Source: an uncultured bacterium (GTDB lineage: Bacteria > Hydrothermota > Tepidihabitantia > Tepidihabitantales > DTDR01). From it: a stretch of 64,000 nt of DNA. Below, piece by piece: positions 18,314 to 26,870 of this stretch. The stretch is from assembly GCA_938040315.1 (NCBI GenBank), contig CALHQW010000015.1, positions 13,729 to 77,728 of the forward strand, read 5' to 3'. The notes beneath the pieces were generated by a model that saw nothing but the letters and a program-made list of their open reading frames with translations, was not told the origin of the DNA and did not search any database. Both the position numbers and the translations under genes were made by a program. How positions within the stretch are numbered: position 1 is the stretch's first letter; every line of letters begins with the position of its first letter.

Positions 18314-19269
18314 GACCCTTTAGAATTTCCCAAATAATTTTTACAATATTAATTAACAGTTATATTTTAGTATTCTTTCAAAAAACTTTAATTTATACTG
18401 GTTATTTAAAGAGTTTTTTAGTGCCAATATTAAATTGTTGGTCAGCACCAACTACTTGGTTTTCTTGTCCCTTAGGTGCCTATCAACATTTTATAATAAT
18501 TAAAGATTTTCCTTTTTATGTACTTGGTCTATTTTTAATAATCGGTGCTTTTATTGGTAGAATGGCTTGTGGCTGGTTATGTCCTTTTGGACTTTTTCAA
18601 GATCTTCTTTTTAAAATAACAAAGAAAAAAATCTCCCTTCCCCAACTTGCTCCTTTATTTACAATTATACTATTTCTATTCTCTTATCTTTTTATCTGGC
18701 TTAAATTCAATTATCTTTCTTTAACTATCAAAATTTTAATTATCTTAATCTCTACAATTATTGGTTTTCTTTTAGATATTTTTTTAAAAATCCGTATAAA
18801 AATTTTTGATCTTACTTTTCTAAAATATTTTTTTCTTTTATTTTTAGCAACTTTTATTGTTTTTTTTACTAATGAACCCTGGTTTTGTAAAGTTTGCCCC
18901 CAAGGTACCTTAGAAGCCGGTGTTCCTTTAATATTATACGACCCCGAAAATAGTTTAAAGACGATGGCTGGTTTATTTTTCTACTTCAAAATTTTAATAT
19001 TTATCATTATTTTTATTTTAGCAATTTTTATAAAAAGAATATTCTGTAAACTTATCTGTCCGATTGGCGCAATCTATTCTTTCTTCAATAAAATAAGCCT
19101 CTTTCATTTAAAAGTTGATAAAGAAAAATGTGGTAAATGTAATATTTGTGTAAAAGTTTGTCCAACTGATATAAATGTCTACGAGAATGCCAATCAAACT
19201 GATTGTATAAGATGTTTGGAATGCTATTATCAATGCCCCAAAAAAGTAATTAAATTAAAATTTTCTTAA
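18310..19269 (+). CDS. NapH/MauN/NosR-type membrane polyferredoxin (4 CX3CP motifs plus two 4Fe-4S ferredoxin motifs)
   Basis: CPLGAYQ, CGWLCPFGLFQD, CKVCPQGTLEAG, CKLICPIGAIYS, then CGKCNICVKVCP and CIRCLECYYQCP. Multiple TM helices. Start placed at MRPF (ATGA coupling); the track start is 18286. Confidence 0.6.
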   Translation: MRPFRISQIIFTILINSYILVFFQKTLIYTGYLKSFLVPILNCWSAPTTWFSCPLGAYQHFIIIKDFPFYVLGLFLIIGAFIGRMACGWLCPFGLFQDLLFKITKKKISLPQLAPLFTIILFLFSYLFIWLKFNYLSLTIKILIILISTIIGFLLDIFLKIRIKIFDLTFLKYFFLLFLATFIVFFTNEPWFCKVCPQGTLEAGVPLILYDPENSLKTMAGLFFYFKILIFIIIFILAIFIKRIFCKLICPIGAIYSFFNKISLFHLKVDKEKCGKCNICVKVCPTDINVYENANQTDCIRCLECYYQCPKKVIKLKFS

Positions 19270-19365
19270 ATTAACGAATATTTTGAGAAATTAACTAATG
19301 TTGATTGTAGTTTCTTTTTAATTTTCTTGATTTTATCTTAATTTTTACTAAAATTTAAAAATCTT

Positions 19366-20496
19366 ATGAAATTATTTGAATATCAGGCAAAAGAGATATT
19401 TAGAAAATTTAATATTTTAACACCTAAAGAAAAATTGGCAAATAATGAATATGAGGCAATAATCTTTGCTAAAGAGATTGGTTTTCCTTGTATATTTAAG
19501 GCACAAGTTCTGGTTGGCGGTCGTGGTAAAGCCGGGGGAATTAAAAGAATAGAAAATGAAGAAGAAGCTAAGAGATTTGCAAAAGAAATGTTCCTTTTAA
19601 AAATAAAAGATATTCCTGTTGAGAAATTATTAATAAGTAGTTTTGTTGATATAAAAAAAGAATTATATCTTTCAATCACTATTGATAGACAAGAAAAAAT
19701 TCCAATTATTATTGCCTCAAAAGAAGGAGGAATAGAAATTGAAGAATTGGCAAAGGAAAGACCGGAAACTATTTTAAAAATAAATATTGATCCCCTTTTA
19801 GGATTTAAAAATTATCAAGGAAGGAATCTCTGTTTAGAATTATTTGGTGATTTATCCTTAGTTAATCAATTTAATGAACTTTTACAAAAATTAACCACTA
19901 TTTTTTTTCTTTACGAACTCCAATTAGTAGAGATTAATCCTTTGGCTTTAACCAAAGATAATAACTTTTGCGCAATTGATGCAAAAATAATTATTGATGA
20001 TAACTCTCTTTTCCGCCATCCAGAATTTAAAAATTATGTAACCCAAGAGATTAAAAATAAAATTGAAGAAGAAGCAAAAAGTTTAGGATTCTCTTATATA
20101 AAATTAGAAGGAAAAGTTGGTTGTATTGTGAATGGCGCTGGTTTAGCAATGGCAACATTAGATTTAATAAAAAAGTACGGCGAAAATCCCGCAAATTTTT
20201 TAGACATTGGCGGTTCAACCAATAAAGAAAGAATTGAAAAGGCATTAAAATTATTAATCCAAGACAAAGATATCAAGGTAATTTTAGTAAATATTTTTGG
20301 TGGAATTACTCGTTGTGATGATGTTGCTTATGGTTTGCTATCGGTTATTAAAGAGATAAATATTCCAATCGTCGCTCGTCTTATTGGTACAAACCAGGAT
20401 AAGGCTTACGAAATATTGAAAGATACTAATATAATTTTGATTGATAATATGAAAGAAGCAATTAAAAAGGCTGTTGAAATAGCAGTAAAATCATGA
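19366..20496 (+). CDS. sucC: succinyl-CoA synthetase (ADP/GDP-forming) beta subunit, ATP-grasp
   Basis: MKLFEYQAKEIF..., KAQVLVGGRGKAGG, CIVNGAGLAMATLD. Confidence 0.8.
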   Translation: MKLFEYQAKEIFRKFNILTPKEKLANNEYEAIIFAKEIGFPCIFKAQVLVGGRGKAGGIKRIENEEEAKRFAKEMFLLKIKDIPVEKLLISSFVDIKKELYLSITIDRQEKIPIIIASKEGGIEIEELAKERPETILKINIDPLLGFKNYQGRNLCLELFGDLSLVNQFNELLQKLTTIFFLYELQLVEINPLALTKDNNFCAIDAKIIIDDNSLFRHPEFKNYVTQEIKNKIEEEAKSLGFSYIKLEGKVGCIVNGAGLAMATLDLIKKYGENPANFLDIGGSTNKERIEKALKLLIQDKDIKVILVNIFGGITRCDDVAYGLLSVIKEINIPIVARLIGTNQDKAYEILKDTNIILIDNMKEAIKKAVEIAVKS

Positions 20497-21377
20497 GTAT
20501 TTTAATTAATAGAAATACAAAGGTTTTGGTTCAAGGAATAACTGGTAGAGATGGTCAATTTCATACCCAAAGAATGATAAATTTGGGAACTAAAATCCTT
20601 GCCGGTGTTACTCCCGGAAAGGGTGGTCAGAAAATTAAATTTCCAAATAGTGAACCAGTACCGGTTTTCAATTCTATTTATGAAGCCAAAAAATATTTTG
20701 AATTTGATGCCAGTGTCGTGTTTGTCCCGGCTACTTTTGCTACTGATGCAATTTATGAAGCGATAGACGAAAATATTTCTTTGATTGTGGTGATTACAGA
20801 AGGTATACCAGTCCATGATATGATAAAGATTAATGCCTATCTAAAAAATAAAAAATCTAAATTACTCGGACCTAATTGTCCAGGTATTTTAGTTCCTGAA
20901 GAAGTAAAAATTGGCATTATTCCTCATGAATATTTTAAAAGAGGTATAATTGGAGTGGTATCAAGAAGTGGAACTTTGACTTATGAAATCTCTTATTATA
21001 TTTCTCAAACTAAATACGGAATATCAACAATTGTTGGTATTGGTGGCGATCCCATTAAAGGAATGGATTTTGTTGATATCTTAAAACTTTTTAATAAGGA
21101 TGAAGAGACCAAAGTGATTGTAATTATTGGTGAAATTGGTGGTTTAGATGAGGAAGAGGCAGCAAAATTTGTAAAAAGAAATATTAAAAAGCCAGTATTT
21201 GGTTTTATTGCTGGGAAAACCGCACCGCCCGAAAAGCGAATGGGTCATGCAGGCGCAATAATTGAACAGGGAAGAGGAACTGCTCAAAGTAAAATTGAAG
21301 CCTTTATCAGTGCTGGTATTGAAGTTTTCGAAGAACCTCAAGAAATCATTAATTTATTAGAAAAAATAAATTTGTGA
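20493..21377 (+). CDS. sucD: succinyl-CoA synthetase alpha subunit
   Basis: VLVQGITGRDGQFHT, GIVSRSGTLTYE, MGHAGAII (phosphohistidine loop). ATGA overlap with sucC. Confidence 0.85.
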   Translation: MSILINRNTKVLVQGITGRDGQFHTQRMINLGTKILAGVTPGKGGQKIKFPNSEPVPVFNSIYEAKKYFEFDASVVFVPATFATDAIYEAIDENISLIVVITEGIPVHDMIKINAYLKNKKSKLLGPNCPGILVPEEVKIGIIPHEYFKRGIIGVVSRSGTLTYEISYYISQTKYGISTIVGIGGDPIKGMDFVDILKLFNKDEETKVIVIIGEIGGLDEEEAAKFVKRNIKKPVFGFIAGKTAPPEKRMGHAGAIIEQGRGTAQSKIEAFISAGIEVFEEPQEIINLLEKINL

Positions 21378-21616
21378 AAAAATTTTTAAAAGAAGAACCT
21401 CAAATTTATTTTTCTAACGATAATAAAAAGATAATAAAAGTTATAAAATATTTCTGTAAAGGATGTGGCATTTGTATTCATTTTTGTCCAAAAAAAGTAT
21501 TGGATTGGGATAAAGATTTTAAAGTATTTGCTAAAAATCCTAACGATTGTATTGCTTGTTATCTCTGTGAATTAATGTGCCCTGATTTTGCTATTTTTGT
21601 TGAAAAAGAAAAATAG
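21374..21616 (+). CDS. korD: 2-oxoacid:ferredoxin oxidoreductase delta subunit (2x[4Fe-4S] ferredoxin)
   Basis: 80 aa. CKGCGICIHFCP and CIACYLCELMCP. Confidence 0.7.
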   Translation: MKKFLKEEPQIYFSNDNKKIIKVIKYFCKGCGICIHFCPKKVLDWDKDFKVFAKNPNDCIACYLCELMCPDFAIFVEKEK

Positions 21617-22723
21617 ATGCGTCAATTATTATCAGGAAACGAAGCCACGGCAATCGGAGCAATAAAGGCGGGAATAAGATTCTTTGCCGGCTACCCAATC
21701 ACCCCTTCTACGGAAATTGCTGAATATATGGCACGGGAATTACCGAAAATTGGCGGAGTTTTTATCCAAATGGAAGACGAAATTGCTTCCATCAATGCGG
21801 TAATTGGTGCCAGTGCCAGTGGCATGAAGGCAATGACTGCAACTTCCGGACCAGGTTTTTCCTTAATGCAAGAAGGAATTGGTTATGCTTGTATGGCAGA
21901 AATACCCTGTCTTATTGTAAATGTTCAAAGAGGAGGTCCAGCCACTGGCTTACCAACAAAACCCTCTCAAAGTGATGTGATGCAGACCAGATGGGGTACC
22001 CACGGAGACCATCCGATTGTCGTTTTTTACCCTTACAATGTTTTAGAAAGTTTTTATTTAACAGTTAAAGCAATCAATACTGCCTATTTTTTACGAGTAC
22101 CGGTAATTTTACTTACTGATGAAATAATTGCTCACATGCGGGAAGCCGTTGAATTACCAGAAGAAGTTGAAATTTATCAACCAAAAAGAAAGAAAAAAAG
22201 TCCTGAAGAATTCCTATATTATTCAGAAGAGACAATCTATGATAGTGAAGTTGCCTATTTTGGCGAAGGCTATCGGATTCATATTTCTGGACTAACCCAT
22301 CGAGAAGATGGGTTTCCAACTAATAAGCCTGAGGTAATTAAAAGAAAATTAGATAGGCTAAAAAGAAAAATTGAAGATAATAAAGAAAAATTATGGGATT
22401 TAGAATATCAAGATATTGGTGCGGAAGTTTGCCTTATCTCTTACGGAATTTCTGCCCGAACCGCTTTAGAGGCAAAATATATTTTTGAAAAAGAAGAGAA
22501 AAGAGCATTAGGTTATATCCGCCTTAAAACAATCTGGCCTTTCCCAGATAAACCATTGAGAGCTCTATTAAAAAGTGCTAAAAAGGTTATTGTCGTGGAA
22601 ATGAACCAGGGACAATTAATCAACGAAATTGAAAGAGCAATAAGTCCAGAGATTGAAATTATTGGTGTCCAAAGATATGATGGTGAAATAATAACACCGG
22701 AAGAAATATTAGCAGTGATATGA
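21617..22723 (+). CDS. korA: 2-oxoglutarate/2-oxoacid:ferredoxin oxidoreductase alpha subunit
   Basis: LSGNEATAIGAIKAG, GYPITPSTEI, TSGPGFSLMQEGIGYA. Confidence 0.8.
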   Translation: MRQLLSGNEATAIGAIKAGIRFFAGYPITPSTEIAEYMARELPKIGGVFIQMEDEIASINAVIGASASGMKAMTATSGPGFSLMQEGIGYACMAEIPCLIVNVQRGGPATGLPTKPSQSDVMQTRWGTHGDHPIVVFYPYNVLESFYLTVKAINTAYFLRVPVILLTDEIIAHMREAVELPEEVEIYQPKRKKKSPEEFLYYSEETIYDSEVAYFGEGYRIHISGLTHREDGFPTNKPEVIKRKLDRLKRKIEDNKEKLWDLEYQDIGAEVCLISYGISARTALEAKYIFEKEEKRALGYIRLKTIWPFPDKPLRALLKSAKKVIVVEMNQGQLINEIERAISPEIEIIGVQRYDGEIITPEEILAVI

Positions 22724-22733
22724 AAGAAGAAAT

Positions 22734-23555
22734 ATGAAAGAAGAAATAAAAAATTATTTAAGATTAGATGAAAGATTTCCTCACATTTTATGCCCTGGTT
22801 GCGGTATTGGAACAATCGCTAATATTCTTATAAGAACTTTTAATGAATTAAATTTAGATAAAAATAATATTTGTTTAGTTTCTGGTATTGGCTGTTCCTC
22901 CCGAATTCCCGGATATATTGATTGTGATACTTTTCATACACTCCATGGCCGAGCAATCCCTTGCGCAATTGGAGTAAAATTGGCAAGACCGTATTTAAAA
23001 GTGATTATTATTGGCGGAGACGGCGATATTTTAGCGATTGGTTTAAGTCATTTTATCCATGCGGCGAGAAGAAATATTGATTTAACTGTAATAATTGTTA
23101 ATAATTATAATTACGGAATGACCGGTGGTCAAGTTTCACCCACTACTCCTAAAGGTAAATTTACTTACACTACCCCTTACGGTAATCTTGAAGAAGAATT
23201 TAATATTTATGAAATATCAAAAAGCGCTGGCGCAATTTTCTTTGCTCGCTCCACTACTTATCATGTTACTCATTTAAAAAAAGTGCTTAAAAAAGCACTT
23301 ACTAAAAAAGGGTTTTCAGTGGTTGAAATCCTTTCCCAATGCCCTACTCTTTATGGTCGTTTGAATAGATTAGGAGATGCTGTTAAAATGTTGGAGGAGT
23401 TCAAAAACAGGACAATTGATATTTCTCTTATTAAAGAACCTGGAGAAATACCTTCTGATAAAATTATAATTGGCATCTTATTGGATAGAGAAAGAGAGGA
23501 GTATTGTGAAAAATATGAAAGATTAAGAAAAGCAATAAATGAGAAAAGAGATTAG
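22734..23555 (+). CDS. korB: 2-oxoacid:ferredoxin oxidoreductase beta subunit (TPP-binding)
   Basis: CPGCGIG, GIGCSSR, IIIGGDGD (TPP motif). Confidence 0.8.
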   Translation: MKEEIKNYLRLDERFPHILCPGCGIGTIANILIRTFNELNLDKNNICLVSGIGCSSRIPGYIDCDTFHTLHGRAIPCAIGVKLARPYLKVIIIGGDGDILAIGLSHFIHAARRNIDLTVIIVNNYNYGMTGGQVSPTTPKGKFTYTTPYGNLEEEFNIYEISKSAGAIFFARSTTYHVTHLKKVLKKALTKKGFSVVEILSQCPTLYGRLNRLGDAVKMLEEFKNRTIDISLIKEPGEIPSDKIIIGILLDREREEYCEKYERLRKAINEKRD

Positions 23556-24072
23556 AATTGCTGGAACAGGTGGACAAGGGATTATTTTTGCGGCGATTGT
23601 TTTAGCCGAGGCAGCGGGTATTTATGAAAATAAATACGTTACCCAAATTCAATCTTACGGTCCGGAAGCACGAGGAGGCGCCAGTAAAGCGGATATAATT
23701 ATTAGTGACCAACCTATCTATTTTCCCCAAACTCAAGAGTTAGATATTTTAGTTTGTCTCAGCCAACAATCCCTTGATGAATATGTTAAAAAATTAAAAG
23801 AGAAAGGTACCCTTTTTATTGATTCTTATTATTGTAAAAACTTCAATAAGGAGAAAATAAAAACCTACGCTTTTCCTTTTTCATTGGTTGCTAAAGAGAA
23901 ATTGGGAAGGGAATTATTTGCTAACATAATTCTTTTAGGCTCCCTTGCTCGTTTTACTAAAATTGTAAGTATTGAATCATTAAAAAAGGCAATCTCCCAC
24001 CGAGTGGCTCCCCAATTTTTAGCAATTAACGAAAAAGCACTAATGTTGGGTTATGAGATCGATCAATTATAA
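23539..24072 (+). CDS. korG: 2-oxoacid:ferredoxin oxidoreductase gamma subunit
   Basis: IRIAGTGGQGII...GPEARGGAS. Confidence 0.7.
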   Translation: MRKEIRIAGTGGQGIIFAAIVLAEAAGIYENKYVTQIQSYGPEARGGASKADIIISDQPIYFPQTQELDILVCLSQQSLDEYVKKLKEKGTLFIDSYYCKNFNKEKIKTYAFPFSLVAKEKLGRELFANIILLGSLARFTKIVSIESLKKAISHRVAPQFLAINEKALMLGYEIDQL

Positions 24073-24226
24073 AGTACCAAAACTGCTTCAAGAAATAAGA
24101 TTATTGCCTTTTTGATAAAAAAATTATAAAAGAAGCAATAAAAAGAATAAAGTTATAGAATAGAACTTTTATTAATTCTCTCTTTTTTTATTTTTTAAAT
24201 TCGATAATAAGGTATAAAAAAGACCA

Positions 24227-24312
24227 TATAGGAGAAGCGTTATAAGGTTATCCCTATACCCCCAAAAAATCTTTAATTTATAAAAACCAAGAAGCCTATA
24301 CCTCTCCCCTTA
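24227..24312 (+). ncRNA. conserved intergenic element, copy A (homologous to 59248-59337); function unknown, candidate structured RNA or regulatory module
   Basis: tataggagaagcgttataaggttatccctatacccccaaaaaatctttaatttataaaaaccaagaagcctatacctctcccctta. Two GC-rich blocks shared with copy B in the same order and spacing. Confidence 0.4.
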
Positions 24313-24336
24313 TTCCTCATAAAATACTATAAGTTA

Positions 24337-24365
24337 TTGACAATAATTATGTTTTATGGTATAAT
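24337..24365 (+). promoter_or_regulatory. consensus sigma70-type promoter TTGACA-17-TATAAT upstream of the ZIP transporter
   Basis: ttgacaataattatgttttatggtataat read directly, about 120 nt upstream of the 24488 start. Confidence 0.55.
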
Positions 24366-24487
24366 AAATTTTAAAATTTATATGGCAAAGGAGTTATTTA
24401 GAACCCTGATTCATTTTAAGGTAAGAGAATGTTTTGTAACACAATAGGAGAAAATACTAATGTTTAAGTTATTAAATTGATTAAATT

Positions 24488-25228
24488 ATGTTTTTATTTA
24501 TTTTATTTTCTTCTATCATTATTAGTTTAATTTCTCTTATTGGTATATTCTTTCTATTTTTTAAAACAAACCTTTTTGAAAAGATTATTTATTATTTAGT
24601 AGCATTTGCCGGTGGTGTCCTTTTTGGCATTGTTTTTTTTCATATTTTAGAAGAAGCAACTGAACTTTTATCTACTTATTTTTTTTCTCTTTTTTTAATA
24701 ATTGGTTTTTCTATCTTTTTTATTTTAGAAAGAATTATTCGTTGGCGCCATTGCCATTTACTCTCAAAATGTGAAATCCATCCAGTTGCTTCTCTTACTC
24801 TTATTGGCGATTCTCTTCATAATTTTATTGATGGCTTAATAATTGCTGCTGGTTATTTAACTTCCTTAAAAACTGGCTTATTAATAACCTTAGGAGTAAT
24901 CTTTCATGAAATACCTCAAGAAATGGGAGATTTCGCAATTCTTATCTATGGTGGTTACAGCAAAAAGAAATCATTAATTTATAATTTTCTTACCGCCCTA
25001 ACTGCTGTTGGTGGCGCAATCGGAGGTTACTTTTTTTTAGAAAAATTTCAATCTTTTTTACCTTTCCTTTTGGCTATTGCCGGTGGTAATTTTCTTTATA
25101 TTGCTTCTTCTGATATTATTCCCGAACTGCATCGAGAAATTGAATTAAAAAAAAGCATTTATTCTTTAATTATTTTTATCTTCGGCATATTTTTAATAGC
25201 AATTTTAACAGAAATTTTTCATCCATAG
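24488..25228 (+). CDS. zupT: ZIP-family divalent metal (zinc) transporter
   Basis: HNFIDGL, HEIPQEMGDFAIL, 8 TM helices. Confidence 0.8.
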   Translation: MFLFILFSSIIISLISLIGIFFLFFKTNLFEKIIYYLVAFAGGVLFGIVFFHILEEATELLSTYFFSLFLIIGFSIFFILERIIRWRHCHLLSKCEIHPVASLTLIGDSLHNFIDGLIIAAGYLTSLKTGLLITLGVIFHEIPQEMGDFAILIYGGYSKKKSLIYNFLTALTAVGGAIGGYFFLEKFQSFLPFLLAIAGGNFLYIASSDIIPELHREIELKKSIYSLIIFIFGIFLIAILTEIFHP

Positions 25229-25744
25229 ATGAGTTATCAAATTTTTAACCAGTTTTTAACCGGACAATTTTTAGTTAAAATAAAAGAAGATTTGCTTTCC
25301 TGGCGTCTCTTTTCGAAAGAAGATTTAAAAGTAATTGCTTATTATCATGCTCGACGCTATTTTTTAACATTACCTAATTGGTTAGTTCGAGCCGGTTTAA
25401 ATATCAAGGGAAGAATAGTTGACTTGGGTATCTTTTATCAAGGAGAACTTAAAACCTTAATCCAATGTGATTGGGGTATTTTTCCAAACCAACCCGATTA
25501 TTTTCCCGAAGATAAGTTCAACCAATCATTAAGAAACTTGATTGAATTAATTGAATTATTAGATAAAAAAGTGATGGGTTATTTATTAACTGTTTACGAA
25601 TCAACCACAAAATATTATTTACCTCTTTTACCCGAGAAAAATTTTTATCAGTGGTTAGCAATAAATATTGCCGAATTTCCTGAGCCTCAAAAATGGCGTA
25701 AAAATTTTGAAGATTTAATTAATAAATTTATTGATAAAATTTAA
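25229..25744 (+). CDS. hypothetical cytoplasmic protein, translationally coupled to the ZIP transporter
   Basis: Start codon abuts the zupT stop. No recognisable motifs. Confidence 0.4.
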   Translation: MSYQIFNQFLTGQFLVKIKEDLLSWRLFSKEDLKVIAYYHARRYFLTLPNWLVRAGLNIKGRIVDLGIFYQGELKTLIQCDWGIFPNQPDYFPEDKFNQSLRNLIELIELLDKKVMGYLLTVYESTTKYYLPLLPEKNFYQWLAINIAEFPEPQKWRKNFEDLINKFIDKI

Positions 25745-25763
25745 TTGCGAAAGATTTTTATAA

Positions 25764-26267
25764 ATGAAAAAAATTGTTTTATCTTTCGGTAGTAATATTG
25801 GAAACCGCGTGAGAAATATTGAAAAAGCGTTACATCTTTTAAAGAAATTCAATATTTATCCTAAAGAAATTTCCTCTTTTTACCTTACCGAACCGATTGG
25901 TTTTGTTTTTCAACCTTCTTTTATTAATGCTGTCGGAATATTTCAAACCAACCTTTCACCCCAACAAGTTTTAAAAATTATCAAAAAAATTGAGAATAAA
26001 TTTTACCGCTTAAGATTTTTTAAAAATGCACCTCGGCTCTTAGACATTGATATCCTTTTTTATAATTCAGAAATTATTAACGAAAAAAATTTAAAAATCC
26101 CTCATCCCCAAATTTTAAAAAGAAATTTTGTTTTAATCCCTCTGTTAGAAGTGGCTTCCGATCTATATCATCCTGTGGCTAAAAAACCATTAAAAGAACT
26201 GGTGAAAGATATCAAAAAGAACGGTATAAAAATATGGAAAAAAGGGAAATTGAATATATCGCAATAG
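25764..26267 (+). CDS. folK: 2-amino-4-hydroxy-6-hydroxymethyldihydropteridine pyrophosphokinase (HPPK)
   Basis: LSFGSNIGNR, LLDIDILFY, HP...RNFVLIPL. Confidence 0.8.
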   Translation: MKKIVLSFGSNIGNRVRNIEKALHLLKKFNIYPKEISSFYLTEPIGFVFQPSFINAVGIFQTNLSPQQVLKIIKKIENKFYRLRFFKNAPRLLDIDILFYNSEIINEKNLKIPHPQILKRNFVLIPLLEVASDLYHPVAKKPLKELVKDIKKNGIKIWKKGKLNISQ

Positions 26268-26869
26268 AGGGTATTATGGGAGTTGGTAAAACTGCTTTGG
26301 CTATTAAATTAGCCAACTATTGGAAAGCCGAATTAGTAGTGGATAAATTAGAAAATCCCTTTTTAAGAAATTTTTATGAAAATAAAAGAGCCTGTGCTTT
26401 TCAAACTCAACTTTTTTTTCTTCTTACCCGCTATCAACAACAATTAAATTTAAATCAACTCTCTTTATTTTCCGAGAAAAAAATTGTTAGCGATTATATT
26501 TTTGAAAAAGATAAGATTTATGCCAGTGTTAATCTATCCGAAAGCGAATATTATCTTTATGAAAAAATCTTCCGACTTTTAGAGAAAAATCTTAGTTTTA
26601 AACCGACAAAAATAATTTTTTTACAAACTAATTTAGAAACAATTTGGAAACGTCTTAAAAAAAGTGAACGAGAATATGAAAGAAAAATTGATTGGGAATA
26701 TTTAATAACGCTCAATGATTCCTATAATAAATTTTTCTTTCATTATTCGCAATCACCTATTTTAATCGTGAATACGGAAAGTTATAATTGTTTAGAAAAT
26801 CAAAAAGCTTTTAGCGATTTAATAATTACGATTGAAAATTTAAAAGAAGGAAGAAAGTTTTTAGCCTAA
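26234..26869 (+). CDS. deoxynucleoside kinase (dAK/dGK/dCK family)
   Basis: P-loop IAIEGIMGVGKTALA. ...FQTQLFF...R (ERS-like) region. Confidence 0.65.
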   Translation: MEKREIEYIAIEGIMGVGKTALAIKLANYWKAELVVDKLENPFLRNFYENKRACAFQTQLFFLLTRYQQQLNLNQLSLFSEKKIVSDYIFEKDKIYASVNLSESEYYLYEKIFRLLEKNLSFKPTKIIFLQTNLETIWKRLKKSEREYERKIDWEYLITLNDSYNKFFFHYSQSPILIVNTESYNCLENQKAFSDLIITIENLKEGRKFLA

Positions 26870-26870
26870 T

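Noticed and set aside
24451-24458. Third occurrence of ataggaga near the zupT RBS as part of the conserved element
   Set aside because: A 7-mer that doubles as an RBS. Expected by chance several times in 64 kb, and without the flanking conserved blocks.
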